DNA of 64,000 nucleotides from Candidatus Bathyarchaeota archaeon (GTDB lineage Archaea; Thermoproteota; Bathyarchaeia; Bathyarchaeales; Bathycorpusculaceae): NCBI GenBank assembly GCA_963815095.1, contig CAWFFH010000007.1, positions 32,001 to 96,000 of the forward strand, read 5' to 3'. Shown piece by piece: positions 57,890 to 64,000 of this stretch (position 1 is its first letter; each line of letters starts with the position of its first letter). The notes under the pieces were generated by a model. It saw only the letters and a program-made list of their open reading frames with translations, ran no database searches and was not told where the DNA came from. The position numbers and the translations under genes were made by a program.

Positions 57890-58888
57890 ATGATCGACTT
57901 TACCCTGATCTTCCGCATACTCGTCTTTCCAGGTTTCACATTCATAGTACTCTTAACTCTCTTTTGCGATTGGGTAGAACGCAAAGTCGAAGCCCGAATA
58001 CAAAACCGCGTCGGACCTATGGTTGCTGGTCCAGCAGGGATTCTACAGCCTTTAGCCGACTTCATTAAACTTCTAACGAAAGAAGACATTGAACCAAGAG
58101 ACGCAAAAAAAACCATCTTCAAGTTTGCACCTCTAGCAGCTTTCACAATCATGATTTTTGCCTTATTCTTCATACCAATTGATGGAAAAAACATATTTTC
58201 CACTGGCGGATTCAGTGGCGATTTAATCATTATTTTGGCTTTCTCAACAATAGCTAACTTTTTGCTGTTCCTTGCAGGTTGGGCATCTTGCAACCCATAC
58301 GGCACCATAGGCTCAGCAAGAGTGTTAACTCAGTTCTTAGGCTATGACATCCCGCTCTTTCTAATTGCTTTAACACCCGCATTCATCGCTGGCAGCTTGA
58401 GTATTGCAGAAATATCTGCATACCAATCAGCCCATTTTCTTCCATTCATCGTTTTGGCTCCTTGGGCTTTCGTCCTATTTGTAATAACTATGCAGGCGGA
58501 ACTTGAAAAAGACCCGTTCGACGTTCCTCACTCTGAAAGCGAGCTCGTCGGCGGTTTAGAAACAGAGTTCACAGGCGCCAAACTGGCATTTCTTCATTTG
58601 ACACGTGACGTGCAAATAGTTTTCGGTTCAGCGTTAGTGGTTATGTTGTTCCTTGGTGGTGCTAACGGGCCTGTATTCTTTGGTGCATCTTGGTTCTGGT
58701 TTACCCTGTGGTTTGTACTCAAACTCTTAGTTGTCGTATTGATTAGCGAGTACATTACAACTGTATTTGCTCGCTTCCGCATCGACCAAGTCCTGTCAGG
58801 CAATTGGCGAATCCTCTTACCCGCAGCGTTGCTCTCTTTGATGCTTACTGTAGCTTTAGTAACATGGGTCTATCCATTGGTGGTGTAA
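57890..58888 (+). CDS. NuoH-like membrane subunit
   Basis: ERKVEARIQNRVGP, LQPLADFIKLLTKE, PFDVPHSESEL. Confidence 0.93.
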   Translation: MIDFTLIFRILVFPGFTFIVLLTLFCDWVERKVEARIQNRVGPMVAGPAGILQPLADFIKLLTKEDIEPRDAKKTIFKFAPLAAFTIMIFALFFIPIDGKNIFSTGGFSGDLIIILAFSTIANFLLFLAGWASCNPYGTIGSARVLTQFLGYDIPLFLIALTPAFIAGSLSIAEISAYQSAHFLPFIVLAPWAFVLFVITMQAELEKDPFDVPHSESELVGGLETEFTGAKLAFLHLTRDVQIVFGSALVVMLFLGGANGPVFFGASWFWFTLWFVLKLLVVVLISEYITTVFARFRIDQVLSGNWRILLPAALLSLMLTVALVTWVYPLVV

Positions 58889-58892
58889 CAAG

Positions 58893-59345
58893 ATGACGGA
58901 AAAGAAAAAACGCATATCCCCCATCTTCAGACGAGCGGTATCACACATATTCACAAAGCCAGCAACAACAAAATACCCGTTCGTAAAACCGGTGCTTCCT
59001 GAAGATGCCCGTTGCAAAACAGTTTATACAATTGAATCTTGCAACGTCATCGATATTGGAACAGGTACAGGCGGTTCAAATGGCTTAACTTTGGATGTTA
59101 AATCAATCGTTGGCTCTAACTGTAGAGTTTGCGTACGAGATTGCCCAGCAGCCGCGATAGAAATAGTTGAAGTGGAAGGCAAAAGACGCCCCCAAATCCG
59201 TTTTGACAAATGTATCTTCTGTCACCAGTGCGTAGAAAGTTGCCCCCGAGGTGCAATTAAAAGCTCAGTTTTCTATGAATTAGCCACAACTGACAAATGC
59301 GCATTAATCCAAAAGCCAAATCACGCTAAGGAGACTAAATCTTAA
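58893..59345 (+). CDS. NuoI-like 2[4Fe-4S] subunit
   Basis: TTKYPF, CRVCVRDCP, CIFCHQCVESCP. Confidence 0.9.
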   Translation: MTEKKKRISPIFRRAVSHIFTKPATTKYPFVKPVLPEDARCKTVYTIESCNVIDIGTGTGGSNGLTLDVKSIVGSNCRVCVRDCPAAAIEIVEVEGKRRPQIRFDKCIFCHQCVESCPRGAIKSSVFYELATTDKCALIQKPNHAKETKS

Positions 59346-59809
59346 TGATCTTTGAAATTCTCGCTGTAGGCCTGATAATTTCCGCCGTATTGGCGCTTTT
59401 CCTAGATGAAGTTATTTATTCCGTTGCCGCGTTGGCAGGAACTTTCTTTTTTACAGCATTAATCTACGTTTTAAACGGTGCACTATTTGCAGCTATTTTC
59501 CAGTTTGCCGTAGGCGTGGGCACGTTATCGATCTTGTTTCTTTCAGGAGAAATGTTAGGCGATAAACCAAAAAAGAAAACTTCCCCAAAACGCACAAGCG
59601 CCTTAATTGGAATAGGCGCAGTTTTATCGTTACCTGCAATTTTCCTCTCAGTTTCCGGTTCAACCGGCACAAATTCAAACCTTGATTTAAGTGATGCCCT
59701 GTGGAATGCTCGGGGTTTAGATGTTGTTTTACAGGCTCTTGTTATTTTGACAGTGTCTCTGGGAATCGCCATTGTCTTGTATGAGAAGAAGAAAAAGGGT
59801 GGTCAATAA
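59345..59809 (+). CDS. NuoJ-like membrane subunit
   Basis: Hydrophobic; position in operon; LWNARGLDV. Confidence 0.8.
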   Translation: MIFEILAVGLIISAVLALFLDEVIYSVAALAGTFFFTALIYVLNGALFAAIFQFAVGVGTLSILFLSGEMLGDKPKKKTSPKRTSALIGIGAVLSLPAIFLSVSGSTGTNSNLDLSDALWNARGLDVVLQALVILTVSLGIAIVLYEKKKKGGQ

Positions 59810-60129
59810 TGGACTTTGTTATACTGTCACTAGTAATGTTGGCTATTGGAATCTATGGTTTGCTCACCAACCGTCAACTGATTAAAGTTTTCATATCCGT
59901 TGAGTTAATCGCAACGGCAGCCACATTGAATTTCGTGATGCTTGCGTCTTCTATGGGTGTCGGCTTAGGTCAAGCATTTCTAATTTTGGCGTTCTCAACT
60001 GATACCGCGGTCAGCGGCGTGATCCTAGGGTTGCTCGTCATAGTATCCAAAAAGTACGGAACGAGCGACATGAGCAAAATAATACAGATGTTGCAAGATA
60101 AAGGCGAAAGTGAGGATGAAGTGCAATGA
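59809..60129 (+). CDS. NuoK-like membrane subunit
   Basis: IGIYGLL...IKVFISVEL. Confidence 0.85.
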   Translation: MDFVILSLVMLAIGIYGLLTNRQLIKVFISVELIATAATLNFVMLASSMGVGLGQAFLILAFSTDTAVSGVILGLLVIVSKKYGTSDMSKIIQMLQDKGESEDEVQ

Positions 60130-62060
60130 TTCTTGAAGAATTCTCAGCGTGGTTCGTTTGGGTCCTACCCCTCATAGCAAGCTTATTTGTACCTATAATT
60201 GGAAAATACAGTGACAAAGCAAGAAACTACTTCGTTGTCGCAATTGCGGCTGTCACAGCTGTGTTGGCGCTTTCCTTGGTTCCAAGTGTCTGGAATGGCA
60301 ACGGCGTAGCCACCGAGTTCTCGGTATCCTGGATTCCAGGACTAAACGGTCCACTTAACGCTGGAGTCTACATAGACCCCTTAAGCGTATTATTCACATG
60401 TCTTGTTGCCTTCTTTGCATTAATCATCGCCATCTACTCAATAGGCTACATGAAAGGTGAAGAAGGATTAACACGCTACTACTACCTCATCTTACTTTTC
60501 ATCGGCTCCATGATTGGCCTTGTAATCGCCGACAACATGCTGCAGATGTTTATCTTCTGGGAAATGGTGGGCTTATGCTCTTACGCTTTAATTTCGTTCT
60601 GGTATAAAAAACCAGAATCAATCAAAGCAGGTGTCAAAGTTTTTATAATGACACGTATCGGTGACATCTCCTTGCTTGCCGCTATCGGTATCCTCTTTTT
60701 AATGTTTGGCACCTTCAGCTTCCACGGAGTAATAACCGGTATACAAGATGCTGCAACGGCAGGGACATTGAATACAAGTCTACTGGTTGTTGTTGCATTC
60801 CTTGTTTTAGGCGGCGCTATTGCAAAGTCTGCTCAGCTTCCATTGTTCACTTGGTTATATAGCGCTATGGAAGCCCCAACCTCAGTTAGCGCCCTCTTAC
60901 ATGCAGCCACAATGGTCAAGGCAGGTATCTATTTGCTTGCAAGGTTCATACTCATATTCTCAGTTGCACCCGTACTAATCACAGCTTTAGGCACTCAGTT
61001 CTGGTTTGCAACAGTATCTTGGATAGGTGTTTTAACCGCCATAGTCGGAGCAACACTCGCGTTAACAACCACCGACATCAAAGGAGTCCTTGCATACTCA
61101 ACTGTAAGCCAGATTGGTTTCATGATGGCTGGGTTAGGCGCAGCAGTGGATGGAGCTGCTTCAATTGGCTGGTTTGCAAGCTTATTCCATATGGTCAGTC
61201 ACGCTTTCTTCGAAGGTCTTGGATTCCTCTTGGCAGGAGGTATTATACATGCAATCGGCACACGTGACATGCGCCTTATGGGCGGTTTACGCAAGGCTAT
61301 GCCTATTTCATTCATTCTGATGGCAATCATGATTATCACCACTAGTGGTCTGCCGCCTTTCGCCGCGTTTTTTAGCAAAGGCCTAATTATCTCAAGCGCA
61401 ACTGACGCTGGATACCTTGCCCAAGCAATAATTCTCTACGCTACCGCCGCGATAACATTCGCCTATGTCGTGCGTATGTTTAGTTTGGCGTTCATGGGTA
61501 AAGAATCTGAACACATCCAAAAACAGCATGTTCACGAAGCACGCAAAGTCATGCTTATCCCAGCAGCAATCCTTGCAGGCTTATGCATCGTATGGGGCTT
61601 ATCAGAGACTATAGTAGCAAGCTTTATGCATGTAAACTTGGGCGAAGGCTTACTAGCTGCATTCACAAACATAGAGTTCCCCATCTTCATCGTATTGCTC
61701 ATACCCACAGGATTAATCGCATATTATACATATTACAAGGGCTATCAGGGGATCCGAAACTTTGCCGCAGGCAAAAACCCTCTTATGACAACATTCAAAC
61801 ATGCTTACTTCTTCGACGACTTCTACGGTGCAGTCTCAAAGGGAATAGAACGTTTCTCAGATGGCCTTACACGAATCGAAAATGCCCTGTTCGGACGCTA
61901 CCCCGACAACGCTGCCAACCAAGTCGGTGAGGCTGCAGAACCTGGACACGCTACAACTTTGAAGCAGGGACCATCAGACTCCTTTAGAAACTACGTCGCC
62001 GCGGCAGTTCTCGGCTTCATACTAATCGTTATACTGATCATATTAACTGTAGGAGTGTAA
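60126..62060 (+). CDS. NuoL/MrpA-like antiporter subunit
   Basis: AKSAQLPLFTWL, AMEAPTSVSALLHAATMVKAG, LAYSTVSQ. Confidence 0.95.
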   Translation: MILEEFSAWFVWVLPLIASLFVPIIGKYSDKARNYFVVAIAAVTAVLALSLVPSVWNGNGVATEFSVSWIPGLNGPLNAGVYIDPLSVLFTCLVAFFALIIAIYSIGYMKGEEGLTRYYYLILLFIGSMIGLVIADNMLQMFIFWEMVGLCSYALISFWYKKPESIKAGVKVFIMTRIGDISLLAAIGILFLMFGTFSFHGVITGIQDAATAGTLNTSLLVVVAFLVLGGAIAKSAQLPLFTWLYSAMEAPTSVSALLHAATMVKAGIYLLARFILIFSVAPVLITALGTQFWFATVSWIGVLTAIVGATLALTTTDIKGVLAYSTVSQIGFMMAGLGAAVDGAASIGWFASLFHMVSHAFFEGLGFLLAGGIIHAIGTRDMRLMGGLRKAMPISFILMAIMIITTSGLPPFAAFFSKGLIISSATDAGYLAQAIILYATAAITFAYVVRMFSLAFMGKESEHIQKQHVHEARKVMLIPAAILAGLCIVWGLSETIVASFMHVNLGEGLLAAFTNIEFPIFIVLLIPTGLIAYYTYYKGYQGIRNFAAGKNPLMTTFKHAYFFDDFYGAVSKGIERFSDGLTRIENALFGRYPDNAANQVGEAAEPGHATTLKQGPSDSFRNYVAAAVLGFILIVILIILTVGV

Positions 62061-62064
62061 GAAA

Positions 62065-63660
62065 ATGACGCTACCCATTCTTTTAGCAGTATTTGCAATT
62101 CCAACAATAAGCATACCCTTTGTTTACTTTACAGGAAAGAAATCGCCAAAAGCAGCAGCAATTTTTGTTGCTTTAATAGCGCTTATCAACTTGGGCTTGG
62201 TTTTATCCACGGTTCCAACTGTACTTAACGATGCAAGCCACCGCTACACCGAATCCTACAGTTGGATCTCAACCCTAAACGGTACCCAATTCTCACTATT
62301 TGTCGACGGGATAAGCGCCTCCATTGCCTTAATCAGCCTAGGCCTAATCTTCGTAGCCGCTCTCTACTCAATTAACTATATGTCAGGCAAAAAGAACCTT
62401 CCAGCCTACTATGCACTGCTCTGTATGCTGTCAGTAGGTTTAATCGGTGTGTTCTTAACCTCTAATCTGATTTTATTCTACTTCTGCTGGGAACTAATGC
62501 TTGTTCCTGCCTACTTCATAGTTGGCGAATGGGGCTACCGAAACAGCTACAAATCTGCATTCAAACTTTTCATATACACCCATGCAGGAGCAGTATTTGT
62601 TCTGCTGGGTATAGGAACAATATATTATCTAACCAATACTTCAGACATGTTCCAAGCTCAAGCAGCTTTATCCGCTTTCCCAGATCTCGCCAAATGGATA
62701 ATAATCGCGTTAACCGCTGGGTTCGCCGTTAAAATGGCAATATTTCCAGTTCACGGGTGGCTCCCAGATGCACACTCTGAAGCACCAGCACCCATGTCTG
62801 CGCTCCTAAGCGGAGTCATCATTAGCGCAGGAGCTTATGCCATTTTGCGATTATCATTTGGAATAGTTTTCCCGGCAGTCGGAACAGCATTCGGAACAAA
62901 CTTCCTTTATGCCTTGTCAATAGTCGGTGTAATTACTGCGTTTTTCGGTTCATTTCTTGCGCTTGTTGCAACTGACATAAAACGCCTAATTGCCTACTCA
63001 AGTATTGCCCACATGGGCTACATCATGTTCGGGCTATCCCTGTTTCCAGTGGCTTTAGCCAGCGGAAACCCAGTGTTCCTTGCATCTGCCTCAGCCATTG
63101 CAATCGTAGGTACCGTACTCCACATAATCACCCACGCCGCCAGCAAAGGCCTCTTCTTCCTTACTGCAGGCGGAATCATGCATCAAACTGAAGAAAGAGA
63201 CATCCGCAAAATGGGCGGTTTAGCAAGCAAGATGCCGTTTTCAACCGTTTCAGGAACTATAGCGGCGTTGAGCATTGCAGGAGCGCCACCACTAGCATGC
63301 TTCATCAGTGAATTTCTAATATTCGTCGGCGCTATACAGATAATAAATAAGACGGGAGGAGCTAGCAGCTTCTACATAATACCCACAGCTCTTATGCTCA
63401 TAGCAACAGTGTTCTCGTTAGCCTACGCATTAAGATTCATCTCAAAAGTGTTCTTTGGAACATCAAAAGACGAAGAGGGCGCAGAAGAAGGACACAAAGA
63501 TGCTGCCGAACACATAGCTGCTGAAAAACACAAGATCGTCGATGTTCCCAATTACATGAAGGTCTCATTGGCAATCTTGGTGGTTCTGGTAGTTCTCATT
63601 GGGATTTACCCGACGTTCTTCATGAATCTAATACAAACAGTTACCTTTGGAGGCGCTTAA
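62065..63660 (+). CDS. NuoM/MrpD-like antiporter subunit
   Basis: VKMAIFPVHGWLPDAHSEAP, IAYSSIAHMG. Confidence 0.95.
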   Translation: MTLPILLAVFAIPTISIPFVYFTGKKSPKAAAIFVALIALINLGLVLSTVPTVLNDASHRYTESYSWISTLNGTQFSLFVDGISASIALISLGLIFVAALYSINYMSGKKNLPAYYALLCMLSVGLIGVFLTSNLILFYFCWELMLVPAYFIVGEWGYRNSYKSAFKLFIYTHAGAVFVLLGIGTIYYLTNTSDMFQAQAALSAFPDLAKWIIIALTAGFAVKMAIFPVHGWLPDAHSEAPAPMSALLSGVIISAGAYAILRLSFGIVFPAVGTAFGTNFLYALSIVGVITAFFGSFLALVATDIKRLIAYSSIAHMGYIMFGLSLFPVALASGNPVFLASASAIAIVGTVLHIITHAASKGLFFLTAGGIMHQTEERDIRKMGGLASKMPFSTVSGTIAALSIAGAPPLACFISEFLIFVGAIQIINKTGGASSFYIIPTALMLIATVFSLAYALRFISKVFFGTSKDEEGAEEGHKDAAEHIAAEKHKIVDVPNYMKVSLAILVVLVVLIGIYPTFFMNLIQTVTFGGA

Positions 63661-63663
63661 ACA

Positions 63664-64000
63664 ATGGTTCAAATCCTAGACATAGTATTACCCATCTTCA
63701 CGCTAGTAATCGCTGCATTACTTACAATTCCAATATTTAGGATTATCAGAAAACAAGAAAACCATAAAACCGCTCTAACATTGGGCTGGCTCTTAACCGT
63801 TTTCCTGATTGCAGGCGCAACCGTGGCTAATCTTGCATTAAGCTATTACAGCACAGCCAACCCGCCGCCATTAAACTTGGCTTTAGATGGTAGTATATCA
63901 TCTGCAATTTCAAGTTCCTTTTTAGTAGATGCCATTTCCATCTATATGGCAATAATCATCGTAGCAATTAGCTCGGTAGTCATGGTTTACAGTGTTTTCT
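63664..64000 (+). CDS. Third antiporter-like subunit (NuoN position), partial
   Basis: ATG after GGAGG; hydrophobic MVQILDIVLPIFTL...FLVDAISIYMA; runs off the window. Confidence 0.75.
   Translation, partial: MVQILDIVLPIFTLVIAALLTIPIFRIIRKQENHKTALTLGWLLTVFLIAGATVANLALSYYSTANPPPLNLALDGSISSAISSSFLVDAISIYMAIIIVAISSVVMVYSVF

Noticed and set aside
55435-64000. Calling the operon NADH dehydrogenase (Complex I)
   Set aside because: No NuoEFG in the window, and the D-like subunit retains both NiFe-binding CxxC motifs.

Overview
Archaeal chromosomal DNA (TFB, TrmB-type regulators, many TTG/GTG starts). The gene repertoire, notably a Complex I-ordered [NiFe] hydrogenase, suggests Ca. Bathyarchaeia; this is inference. 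The first ~36 kb is a mosaic accessory region with four intact-looking toxin-antitoxin pairs, several pseudogenes or remnants (ASCH, PD-(D/E)XK, MazEF, AbrB, UvrD, PLD), two dispersed repeat families, a heliorhodopsin-SOUL pair, a TusA-IscS-IscU-DsrE sulfur-relay operon and a degenerate MCM-like gene. The best candidate novel system is at 20-24 kb: a YydG/EpeE-like radical SAM enzyme coupled to two paralogous ~210-225 aa proteins. These have a conserved leader and follower around a hypervariable aromatic core, and a divergent MFS exporter sits next to them, which suggests an archaeal epimerised-peptide RiPP cluster. The right part holds a YprB/YprA(MrfB/MrfA)-MPG repair cluster, a site-2 protease, an EVE protein, TFB, a SNF2 + Zn-rich + Mrr-like operon, two ABC systems and the hydrogenase operon, which runs off the window. 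All family calls are from motif recognition by eye; no searches were run. No rRNA, tRNA or CRISPR array was seen.
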